A stretch of 64,000 nucleotides of DNA from positions 79,546,001 to 79,610,000 of the forward strand of contig OX597816.1 in the NCBI GenBank assembly GCA_951406725.2, in the 5' to 3' direction. The notes below the pieces were generated by a model. The model searched no databases, had not been told where the DNA came from, and saw only the letters and a program-made list of their open reading frames with translations. Position 1 is the first letter of the stretch, and every line of letters begins with the position of its first letter. A program made the position numbers and the translations under genes. The stretch comes from Octopus vulgaris (lineage: Eukaryota). This document shows, piece after piece, positions 44,701 to 58,000 of this stretch.

Positions 44701-47700
44701 AGAATACCTGATAAATGTATTATAGTATTTAGTCTCATCATTTTAAGTTCAAATTTTACTGTGATTATCATCGTGCCAATTTAAAGAACAAAAACCATTA
44801 TATTTAAAATGCATATAAGTGCAGTATAAGAAATAAAACTACTATGTGAATTGAGTGGAAGTACTTCACTTCATTTGCATTTCTAGCTAATAATACAGAA
44901 AATCATAACTTCATAATGTCTGCTTTACTTTTCTCTTTGAATTGTTTTCATTAACAGTGTGGAAGGGACAAGACAATCAAGCAGTGGAATCTAAATGAAG
45001 AATTTCACATTGAAGAAGACCCTACCAATGTTATTCTAGGACAAGTATGTAGATATACATCTACAGTTTGATAAATTACCCATCCTCCTTTCAGATAATG
45101 ATCTACAAATAAGATGTGTTGCTTATATTTTCCTATCATTTCCTTTTAGCACAACAACCACCATCACTGCTGTCATATCTCCCTAGTCATTTATACAACT
45201 ACCGAGTCAGTTCTTATTTATTCTTTATTGCAATTTGTGTACAATAGCAATGTTGGTTACAGGTTACTTTTTTACTGAATTTCTAATGCACTGGAGTGAC
45301 AAGGGACTAACTCACTGCAAGGGATTTTGTTTGTAAAATGCCACATTTTCAGTTTCCTTACTAATATAAATTGGTAAAACACATGCCCATACAAGTTTGC
45401 TTCTTCCAAAATCTACTGACAAGCTATTTCTTAACCCAGTGCTATGGCAGAAGATTCTTACCCAAAATGCCATACTGCAAGAATGATTGCAAAACCATAC
45501 AGTTGCATAATAATCTCCTTAGCCATACAGTTGCTTCAGTAATTGAGGCAGTGAGTTGTTGAGTGCCCTGTCCAATATTAGTGATAATTATTATTACACC
45601 TCACTATATTAGTGGTTAACCTATAGTACTGGCATAATCACTTATAAAATATTAAATTATTTTTCCTCATTTTATTGTCAGTATATTTTGGTCTTTATTC
45701 TCATATCAGCTCTGACCAAGCAAACATATGATCACAGTTGATCAAATCTTAGTTACATATGTGCATTTGTGTCTTTCCTTTTCCTAAGACTGTAGGATTG
45801 ATTTGGCTGTTGTTTTTAATTAGTTTGTCTAGTGGTCCCCTAGCTGGCTCATATTTTTATTAGTATTGTCAATTGAAGTAGTCTATAATAACTACACTGT
45901 AAAAGGGGCATGGTATGCCATTATTCTTTTATTCCAGTCATTTGACTGTAGCCACGCTGGAGCACCACTTTCATTCAAACAAATCGATTCCAGGTCTTAT
46001 TCTTTGTAAGCCAAGTACTTATTCTATCGGTGTCTTTTGCCGAAGTGCTAGGTTACAGGGACGTAAACACATCAACATCGGTTGTCAAGCGATGGCGGAG
46101 GAACAAACACAGAGACACAAATACACACACACATATATACAGCAGGCTTCTTTCAGTTTTTCAATGCTTTGGTCGGCCCGAGGCTATAGTAGAAGATAGT
46201 AGTAGGTGCAACGCAATGGGACTGAACTTGGAACCATGTGGTTGGGAAGCAAGCTTCTTACCACGCAGCCACTCCTTTGTCTATTTATTTATTCTTGTTA
46301 TAGTACATCATAAAGTTTTATACTACATCTACGACTTGGTCGCTGATATAATTCCAGATGCAGTAGAATTGTCTATGACCAAATAATAGATGAACATTTT
46401 GTTACCATTTACGATACTATCTAAAAATAAAGTTAACAACACTCGATCTCGGATGAATTCGGTCTCCAGAACAAGTAGATATAACTCTGTAATCAATGTT
46501 TAGAATTGACTTAGAAAATGAAGCTGTAACCTGAGTTGTTTCCCTTATTAGGTTCTTCGCCTGTTCATCAGTTAAGTTTGTTTTGACGAGCTATCTGAAT
46601 TGTTAACACATCAGACAAAATGCTGAGCGGCATTTCGTCGTCTTTACGTCTAAGTTCAAATTCTGCCGGGATCGATTTTGCCTTTTCCTTCGTTATTGAT
46701 AAAATAAGTATCAGTTGAGCACTGGGACCGATGTAATTGATTAGCTCCCCTCCCCTCCCCTAAAATTTCAAGCCTTGTGCTAATAGTAGAAAAAATTATT
46801 AAGCTGTCAGGAAAGGCTCATCATCCGTGGATAAGATGGGGCAGAAATCTAAAGAATCAGCTTTACCCTTGTTTTTACATTCTATTATTGATTGAACATG
46901 TCTTCTCCAACACATCATCTCACCTCTTAACACAGTCACTCGAGTACTTTTGTGAGGTTCAGAATTCAGTGATCAGCTTACACCATTTCGCTCCTTGTCT
47001 TCCTCAGTTTGCTTATTCTGCAAGTTCCTTCCCCTTGGTTCTCTTGGCATCTCTTTATCCACACTAGCACAGTTTCTTTTCCCACACACTACTTCTGATT
47101 CTTCTTATATTTAGTTTTTCTCTCATTTCATTTGAGTTTCATTGTTCATGCACACTTATATTATGCATGTAGCAAAGCAAGCTTGTCACTTTCTCTGCAG
47201 CCTTTATACATCCTCTGCATTCAGTATCCATGTTTTGCTACCATGTAACATTGCAATTTGCACACTTGCATCAAAAAAAATCTTCCTACCATTTGGAAAG
47301 ATACTGTCTTTGTTGGATGAACTTATACCCATTGCATTCTTATTCTGGCTGCTGTCCTTTTGGAATACTCACTTACACTCTTAAAAGAAGCTACCAACTG
47401 CTTCTATGGAAACTTCCAAGCATGTAAAGGAATTTATTTCATAGATGCTCTGAGTGCTAACTACTAATGTGCAGCTGCCAAATATGAAGTTTTTTCTTTT
47501 TTCTCTGGCATCCAACCTGTGATTTCACTACTGTTCTTGTGCAACCATAGTTTGTGTTCATACACTGTATAGAATTCCTATCTAAAACCTGGATAAGAAG
47601 AGAACGTTTGCTTTCTTGCTAACTAAAACTTTTATTTTTGTCAGTTTTACTTTGGAGTCTTTTGATTCTAGGCTTTACTGCTTAGCTTGAAATTTTTTCT

Positions 47701-49006
47701 CTAGGTGTTCAAATGAGTTAGCTATAAGAACCAGATCAACATACAATGTTTTCAGATAGGCAGCTGGTCTTAAACTCCTCTTTTAGCCTAGAGAACTATA
47801 AGAAGCAAGAGGAGGTTGATAATCGGACTCTGATGGACATTTGTCTACATGCTAAATTTGTTCCTGAGTTTATTGCCAACTTTTCCCTTGCTAACCTGGC
47901 TTGTATCGACCTCACAAACCATACATCTGTACCTAGTTTTCTAAGCAACCATCAAGATACAAAGCACAGTACTCTATGAAGATCAATAAGTGTTAGGTAT
48001 AGTATTTTGCTCTTAGCTAAGAATTTCTCTGTTGTTTCTCATCAGTGGTGCTCCAGCTTGCCATATATTTGAACTGATCAAAGCTGGTTCCTTTCTTAAA
48101 ATTATTTTCATTACTTTCTTAATTTGTTCCATCACTGTAATTTCTTTTTTGTTGGATAATTCTTGCCCTTTCATGGCAGGGGAAGACTATACTGCTACAC
48201 TAGTAAATGAGTATGACATGCTACTTAGCTGAGTATGTGCATGACTAGCACTGTCCTTATGTTGCCTCATATTTTCAATAAAGAGAGAGATAGAAAATTT
48301 TAATATGATCAAGTCATCTTATTTTCATGATACAAATTGTATTAGATAAAATCCACTCACTAGTCCATAGAAGTACTAATGGTTTATGTCATCAGCAATT
48401 AACTCATAAGAGGATTCAATAAGACTACTACCAGTTTCGTCAAATTTTAGATCTCATTTTGTCTTATAATATTGTCTGTGGCATTTGAACATCTCAAACT
48501 TTCTACTGATCTCTCCTCTAGATATATTGCATGTTAAGTTAATTATTTTGTTGCTTCCAGACTCTCTTTCATGCCATTGATCATCATTGGAAAGACAATA
48601 TCTTTGCTACTTGTGGAGAACAGGTTGACATCTGGGATGAATCACGGGCAGAGCCTATCCGTTCATACAGCTGGGGCGTTGATAGTGTCCAGTCATTAAA
48701 ATTCAACCCAGTTGAGGTAATTTCGTTTTTTTTACTATCTCAATTTTATATATACTCCTTTATTAGTTTCTGCTCAAGAGCTGTGGCCATTTATTCTTTT
48801 ACTTGTTTTTGTCATTTGGCTGTGGCCATGCTGGAGCACCAATCGAACAAATTGACTCCAGGACTTTTTTTAAAGTCTATTACTTATTCTATTGGTCTCT
48901 TTTTGCTGAACCTCAATGTTACAGGGACGTAAACACCAACACTGGTTGTCAAGTGGTGATGGATGGACAAACTCAGAAACAAAGACATTCACACACATGA
49001 CTATAT

Positions 49007-49060
<54 letters not shown>

Positions 49061-52000
49061 ATACAGCAGGCTACCAAATCCACTCACAAGGCTTTGGTCA
49101 GCCCAAGGCTATAGTACAAGGCACTTGCCCAAGGTGTCATGCAGTGAGACTGAACCCAGAACCATGTGGTTGGGAAGCAAGCTTCTTACCACACAGCCAC
49201 GTTTGCACCATGTGTATTAGTTATGAAGTTTTCAAGAAACTTCATGGCTCACTGGACAACGCGCTAGACTATCACATGGTCTTAGGTTCAAACTACATCC
49301 AAATAGAAAGCTACCAAAATAATTTGCCTTTCTTGAGGCACCCAATTGCTGTATCAAGTTTGAACACATGACTAATAGTCTGATATCTTAATATCCCACT
49401 ATGTTTCAGAAGGGTGATGTAAAAAAGGACTCATTCTAGTAGCTAAAATGTTAGTGATGGAAGCAGAACTGACTGAGGAAATGCAATCAAGAAATAACCT
49501 CAATACTGAATGAGTTAACAAAGATTTCTCTTAACTATTTTACTACTATATTTCTAACTAATTAGATACATTCACTTTGTTTTTCAATTAAATTCTAAAA
49601 GAATCTGGAACTTAGACATGTTTCATATAAAACAGTTTTAACTTCTTCATTTATTGATATGTATTGGTATTTGGAACATTTATTGATATGTATTGATATT
49701 TGGAACAAAATTTACAAAAATTTTAGGATTTTAGCAACAGGATGTTTGATAAAAACTGGTAAATTTGTTAGATTGTAAAATTACAAGATATCAACCTATA
49801 AAATGGGTTTTTCAGGCAATATTTAACTGAGATATTTGTAACAGAGTTGTAATATAGAAGAATTGTTCATATTGACTTACACTGTGTAATACGATTTTTG
49901 TCCTTGGGTAGCAACTGTTATTTTCTATTTGCTTACCCCTAGAAAGTATGAAAAATGACTAATATTTCTTTCAAACTTTGCTTTTGTTACATTTATTCAA
50001 ACACTGAAGAATCCTTCTAAACACATGGCTATGATACTCCCCCACTACTCTTGCTCTTGATCAGAGACGCACATATTGTCAGCCGCTAAGGAATGTGCTG
50101 AAGTGGTTAAGGTAAAGCAAATGACAAGTAAATCTATGGTATTGAGCTGAATATTTGCTATAACGATATTATTGCTTCAGCAACTCAGCACTGAATCTAT
50201 CTGAGACGTAATGGAAAATAGGTTAGTTTCAAAACATTGATGTGCATGTCAAAAGCAAAGTTCAAAAGGAATAATAGTCATTTCCTTTGATTTCTAGATA
50301 GGAAATAACACTTATTGACCAAAGACGAAAAAACGTCTTTTGTATTTGGATTTGCTGCTACTTTGAATGTGAAACTGACATCCATTTGCTTTAAGTGTAA
50401 AAAGTTACAGGAAAGATAACTGTAATGATTTGGACAAATTATCCAAAAACTTAATCAGAAATCAAATTTCATTTTATAAAATGTTGGACAGTGTACTGGA
50501 AGAATTTCGTTAGCTCTGACACAGTAATGAAATTTATATTAATATTATCTTTTAAATATATATGCTAATTATTGATGGGTTGATAATAATTAGGCCCATG
50601 TAAAGTTTTGTGTGGTATTGGGCAGTTTGGTAACTAAAGAATTAAATCTAAATTACAATTGGACTACAACTTAGTACAGTGGATAGGACAGAATCAGTTC
50701 AGTGTTACACAAAATACTTCATAGTAGTTTTCATCTATGTGTTCCAAACTGAAATTTTTCTATGGTTGACTTGGCTGTTTAACATCTGGGTTCAATAAAA
50801 TAAGTCCCAGTCAAGTATTGGGGGTCAGTATAGTCACTAGCTCCCACCTCAGCCAAATCTCTGGCCTTATGTCTTTCTAAGAATGTACACTGAATTAAAC
50901 CCATTCTATATTGTACTTACTGAAAGAAATATGGTAGGATACAGCTTATTGAATTTTCTTAATTTTTATTTCCAGCATCACCTTCTTGGAGCAACAGCTT
51001 GTGATAGATCAATTATACTTTATGATATGAGAGGGACAGCCCCACTGAGAAAGGTAAGGTATTGCTGTTCTCTGAGATGATGTGTGATATTTAGATTTTA
51101 AGCTTCTAGACAATATATATGTACATATATATTTTTATATTTATTTGTATGTATAATGTATATATATATATGTATAGCTATGTACTGCTGCCTCTCCATT
51201 CTCCTCAATTCATACTTGTATGTGTATGGCATTGTGCTTCTGAAGATATGTAGAATACATCCTTCACTTGAAAAACATGTACCAGTTAGAGAGATAAAGG
51301 GCATCATCACCATTATTTAATGTTTTTCCCATGATATCATGAGTTGAACAGTTTGACAAGAGCTTGCAAGCCAGAGGACTGTGCCAAGTTCTATTGTCTG
51401 TTTTGGAATGGCTTTTACAGCTGGATGCCCTTTCTAATGCCAGCCATTTTACAGAGTATACTGGGTCCTTTGTTTCTGGCATCAGTTTTCTCTCAATACA
51501 CTAGCATTGAGTATTGGGATGGTCATAGCTGGAAAGACTCTGATCATAGATCTACTTAATCAGAACTGACCTGGAGCTAAACAACAACAACAACATCAAA
51601 AACAATTTAATCATTGGGCAATGTCTAACTTTTCTGATCTAATGATTGCAGGTTTTGCTTCAACTAAAATCAAATGCCTTAGCCTGGAACCCCATGGAAC
51701 CTTTTGTTTTTACTGTTGCTAACGAAGATTACAAGTAAGTAGCAAGTATACCAATCAAGTTTGCAAATTATCATTGCCATCTTTATTTAATCTATTCTTC
51801 CAAAGATAAGGACTGTTCTGCTGTTAGAAGCATTATTTCATTTCCTCAGCCATTGACTGTATTAGTTTTTTATGAGGTGCATGTTTTTTTATTTTGGTTT
51901 TTAATTTTTACCCAACACCTTAGGTAAATGTCTTCCACTATAACCCTGGGGCGACCAAAGTCTTGAGTGTAGATTTGGTGGGTGGAAATTGAAACAAACT

Positions 52001-55000
52001 TGTGTGTGTGCATGTGTGTTTACTCTTGTCTAGACATCCTGGGATGGTTGTAAATGAGCAACATTGTAATACAAGTGAGGTTGTTCCTTTCCACTTTACT
52101 GTAAAGACATTTCTAACTGTCTAGCTTGCTTAGAAACAAGTCATCATCATCATCATCGTTGTTTAACGTCTGCTTTCCATTCTGGTATGAGGTGGACTGT
52201 TTGACTGAGGACTGGCAAACCAGAAGGCTGCACCAGGCTCCAATCTGATCTGGCAAAGTTTCCACAGCTGGATGCCCTTCCTAACGCCAACCACTCCGAG
52301 AGTGTAGTGGGTGCTTTTTATGTGCCACTGGCACAAGGGCCAGTTGGGCGGTACTGGCATCGACCATGTTTGAATGGTGCTTTTTACATGCTACCAACAT
52401 GGGAGCCAGTCAGGCGGCACTGGCAACAATCGTGTTCAAATGGTGCTTTTTATGTGTCACCAGCAGGGGACTATTTGGGAGTAGTGCAGTGCAAGCTACA
52501 CCCACTGAAAATTATTCATCTGCACAGGTACTTCCTGTACACCAAATCTTAGTAAAATCATTGAATTGATTAATTGGCAGAAACCTAAAACTGCTCTTAT
52601 AACTTACTTTAAAATGTCTCAAACCAATTTAGTAAATGGCATAAAAGGCTTGGGAACATCAGGGGAACAGGTCTGGCTTGGCAAGTGTCCCAGTGTGTCA
52701 CAGGCTGGATCCAGTTGTCATCCTGCCACTGTGGTCAAACAATCTTCAAGAAAAAAGTAAAAATATCCTTTGAATTCTGGCTGTTGGAATGTGTGCACAC
52801 TTCTTGATGATAATTTCAACAAGAGGCCAGAAAGGCGTACTGCACTTATTGCATGTGAGCTTAAGAAATATTTCCTTGATATAGTTGTGCTCCCTGAAAC
52901 TTGTCTCTCTGGTGAGGGTCAAGTAAATGAACCTACTTATGGATATACTATCTTTTGGAGAGGTCTACCTAAGGGTCAGCATAGAGAATCTGGTGTTGGG
53001 TTTGCTCCATTGCAGAGCTTTCAAGTGGTATATCTGAATGGATCATGTCATGCCTTATTAAACTGGCAAAAGTGGGTTTCTTACTATTGTCAGTATTTAT
53101 GCACCAACAATGTTCCATTCTGATGGAACTGTAGGACAGTTTTATGATGATCTAGTACAATTATTGAGGAAAGTACCAATTTCTGACAAGCTGGTCATAT
53201 TGGGAGATTTCAATGCAAGAGTTGAAAAGGACTATGTTTCATAGCCTGTGTTAGGTTGACATGGGATTGGAAAATGTAATTAAAATGGAGTAGCTCTTTT
53301 GATGTTTTGTGCTGAGAATTATCTGGTTGTCACCAACACTCTTGTTTAAGCAGAAAAATAAATATAAAACCACCTGGATGCACCCAAGATCTAAGCACTG
53401 GCACCTCATAGATTATATTCTGATCAGAAAATGTGATATAAAAGATGTTTTTAGCATTCGGGCCATGAGAGACACAGAGAGCTGGACTGACCATCATCTA
53501 GTGCATGGAAAAATAAATCTTTTGATAATGCCTAAAAACCAACAGTCTGGTCCTAAGGTACCCAAAAAGTTAAAATGTTGAAAACTTTAAATTATCAAGT
53601 GACTTGCAAAGATTTCATGAAGTTATAGAAAGTATCAATCTTGACCCAAACCGTTTTGAGCCTGCATTGAGTGCATTGGACGCAAGGGGATTTTTAAAAC
53701 CATTTTTGGGTAAAAAAAAGTGCGTCTTAGGCCAACAAATGCTGTATATATATGTGTGTGTGTGTGTATAGAAAAAAATAAAAAAAAACGAACACAACAC
53801 AAAAAAAAAGGATGTGGTACAGGCAAAGTATTAGCAGATGCTCTGAGGGGAAGAGAAAGGTAGATTTTATGTTTTGTGCAAAGCTCTTAAATCAGAAACA
53901 GGATATGGAGGAAAGTCCAAGAGAAAAGAAGACGAAGGAAAAAAGTTGCCAACGATCCACGTTGTTACATTTTGAAATGATGGGAAAGGGATGAGTGTTG
54001 ATAACAGGAAGGGTATCAGGCTGTAAAAAATTTGCCCATTCTAGCTGACCCATACAAGCATGGAAAAGTGAATGTTATGTAGTGATGATAATGAGTGTTT
54101 GTAGGTGCAAGTTGAACAAATTCTTAGTAATGTGTTTATGTCTCATTTCAGTTTGTACAGTTTTGACATGAGGAAGCTATCTAAACCAACCAACATCCAT
54201 GTGGACCATGTGAATGCTGGTAAGCCCTTTGTATATAGACTTGTTTCTTGTCTCCTTGACTGACACAAAAGGGAGGTCCATAACTTGATAATTGATATTC
54301 CATTTGTCGTTTCTCTCGTTATCAGGAAACTACAGAGTTATTGGGATGGTGTATAGTTTGATGTTGTAATGTTTCTGTGCCAGATCACTACTTTGAATCA
54401 TGTTTGTGCCATTATCATTTCTTCCACTCAGCTATGAACAGTTTATGAAACTGAATCCTTGTTCTAACAGAGTCTCTAGGTGTTAAATTTGGTTGTGGGT
54501 GCCTGATCATTGTGGGTTTAGAGGTGTGAGGACTGTTGGACAAGATTAAATGAAATGATTAGATAGACTCTGTTCTGAGGTTGAATACAGAAGGAACTTC
54601 CCATTACCAAAAGGGCTGTGCTCAGCATAGCTATCTAATGAAACATTTATCCAATACTTCTAACTGGTTACAGTAGTGTTCAGTATCTATTCATGGTTCC
54701 TACCTCCAGTTAAATAGATTGAGCCTGTAAGAGTTATCTTGGTCATTAACACAGTGACAGGGGACAACTTTCCTGATGTCACTGCCATATGTGATTTTGT
54801 TCTGTTTGCAGACTGGATTATTTTATGCTAAAATTTATCAATATGAAAGCATAAACTAATTATAGCAGGAAATTTAGCAAGGATGTCTTGATGGCATCCT
54901 TTTCTATCAGGATCATGAGAACAGTCACAATTTATTATATTGATTCACTATCGACAGCCATCTATGAGGTTAATATTTTGTATTGTTTTACTAACATTGG

Positions 55001-58000
55001 TGGGTTCAGTGCAACTTGATGTCTGCAGATTCTGTCATTGAATGTAGAATTTACTACTGTAAAATTGGTTGGACTAAAATTGTTTTATTGACTTGTGCTG
55101 GGAATAACCTCGAGCAGTTGGTATCTAATTTGAACTGTTGCAATGATCAAGGCTGGAAAGAAGAGTAGCAATAAGGATAATTTTGGTGAAGTATTTTGCA
55201 ACCTTGTGGTTTTTGCTTCAATCCCACTGAATGGCACCTTAGGCAAGTATGTTTAAAGGCAGCCAATGTAAATGTCAGTAAGAAAACTAATTAACAAATA
55301 ATGATTTGAACCAAAAGGTAAAAATGATACCCTGTGATATTTGTCCTGTTTGTTGCACAAAGTCTTCCTTGTCCCTATTGCCATTATAAATGCAGTGAAC
55401 TAGTCATTGGCCCAATGGCAAAACTAGCCAGCATTGTTCTCATGATGATGGCAGAACTGAAATATGAGTGATAGGAGTGCTGGCCTAGTGAATCAAGGTG
55501 TTTGCAGTGTTAAAACTGTACAGAGGATTGGTGTAAAGTTAATCAATTGTATCTGCCAAAGTGTGTTACTAGGACTTAAAAATGTTCACTATTTTCTTTT
55601 TATTTGTTACAGTAATTGATGTTGACTACTGCCCAACGGGACGTGAATTTGTCTCAGCTGGATGGGACAAATGCATTCGAATTTTTGCTTGCAACATGGG
55701 TCACAGTAGGTGAGTACAGGGGAGATCAGATATCAGATTTTATGAGGTGAGGGGTCTCATTGATTTCAAAAAATGTTATTTTTTATCTTGTGCCTAAAAA
55801 GTAACCAAAAGCATTCCATGACACTGATTCAGAATATTATTTTGGAAACCTGAAATAATATACTTAATACTTTGAACTCTAATAATTATGCAGTGTAAAT
55901 GCTTCGTTATCTCTCTCTCCATGTTTGTAATAGTAAGATGCATGTTGGAGTAGGTATATATTGTGTGCCCTTCCTACTACTAAATTGTGAACTATTTAGT
56001 TGTACAGTAAGATCAGTGAAGTTTAAGAGGAGTTGTGAATTAGGTGTATAACTTTTTTCTGAATTTCTAACCTAATTCTAAATACCATACTTTTTTACGT
56101 GTCACCTTATTGACCAGACCACCTACAACTCTACTTACGGAAGTGGTAATGTTCATATCTTTACATAGTACTAATTTACAGCTGTGCATACCTTCCTTCT
56201 TGGGACACATAACTCTACTTGTGAAGACCTGTTGAGGCAAGTGAAAATCAAAAAATCAAATCAAAATCGATCAACATCAATGGAATTTGTAGTTGTGGTA
56301 CCAGTGCCGGTGGCACATAAGAGAACCATCCGAACGTGGCCGTAGCCAGCACCGCATCGACTGGCCTTCGTGCTGGTGGCATGTAACAAACACCATCCGA
56401 TTGTGGCCGTTGCCAGCCTCGCCTGGCTCCGTGCCGGTGGCACGTAAAAAGCACCATCCGAGTGTGGCCGTTCGCCAGCCTCGTCTGGCACCTGTGTCGG
56501 TGGCACATAAAAAGCACCCACTAGTCACAGAGTGGTTGGCGTTAGGAAGGGCATCCAGCTGTAGAAGCACTGCCAGATCTGACTGGCCTGGTGCAGCCTT
56601 CTGGCTTCCCAGACGCCAGTTGAACCGTCCAACCCATGCTAGCATGGAAAGCGGACGCTAAACGATGATGATGATGACTGGTCTATTGGGTGTTGCGCAT
56701 CGTTAGCACTAACTTTTGGTGCTCTTTACAATAGATTACCATTCTGTTGAGTGCTGTCAGTTCCTACCATTGTATTTCTTCTATTAAGTTTTCATGTTTT
56801 TTTTTTTATTCCAGAGAAGTCTACTTTACTAAAAGAATGCAGAGGGTCCAGCAGGTCCAATGGTCTTTGGATAATAAATACATCCTCTCTGGTTCAGATG
56901 AGATGAATATAAGAATTTGGAAAGCACAAGCATCAGAGAAACTTGGTCCTGTGAGTAAAGATTTTGTTAATGATTTCTCATTTTTGGGGAATACATTTTC
57001 GTTTTGGTTTCACTATTTCAAGTATCATATATTGTTTATGTCTGTGATTTGATTTTATACTGCTCCTTCTTTGCATTCATTTGCTCATGCTAGCATGGGT
57101 ATGGTGATTTTTAGTTTTTAAAAATTCATCTTGGACCTCATGGAAGCAATGGCAAGTGACAGAAACGTTTGGCGATACACTGTGCTTGAGCGGACTCATC
57201 TAGCCAAGTGAAACTAGTTGTGGCTGATGCCATTGTCATGTAAATGGCACCCATGAAATTGTAGTCATGGCCATCATTGGTGTCATATAAATGGCATGTA
57301 AAATGCATGGAGTGGTTGGCATTAGGAAGAGCATCCAGCCATAGAAACCATGTCAAATCAGATTGGAACCAGGTGCAGCTCTCCAGCTTATCAGCTCCAG
57401 TCAAACTGTCTAACCCATGCCAGCATGGAAAGCAGACATGATGATGATGATGATTTGCTTTTTGTCAGAGCACTTCTTGTTGAATATATGTCTACATTTT
57501 TCATACTGGCAAAAATTGGACAAGATATATTGAGGTAGTACTGTCCAGAAGTCATTCTTGTGACCAACTCTTATTGCTTTTTCATGTAAGGTATTTTTAT
57601 TCTATTGAACATTCTTGTAAAACTGTTGAGCTACAGATTGTATTGTTTTATGGGAGATCTAAACGAACTCTGTTACTAAAATGGTGTCGACAAACATACA
57701 TGCACACTCACAAGCATGATGGGCTTCCATGCAGTTTTCATCTGCCAAATTTCACTCATGAAATGTTAGTCATTGTGTAGCAGGATGAAACTTGAAACTA
57801 GATGGTTGTGAAGTGAGCATCTTAACCACACAGCCATGTCTGTGCCTTGTTTTTATAAATGTAAATTTAACCCATGCAAGCATGGAAAAGTGGATGTTGG
57901 AATGATGATTATCTGGTGACCTAACACAGATAACAGCTAAAGCTAGACTATGCTGTTCTACATTTTAGAGATGAATTCTGTACATTATTTACATTGGACG

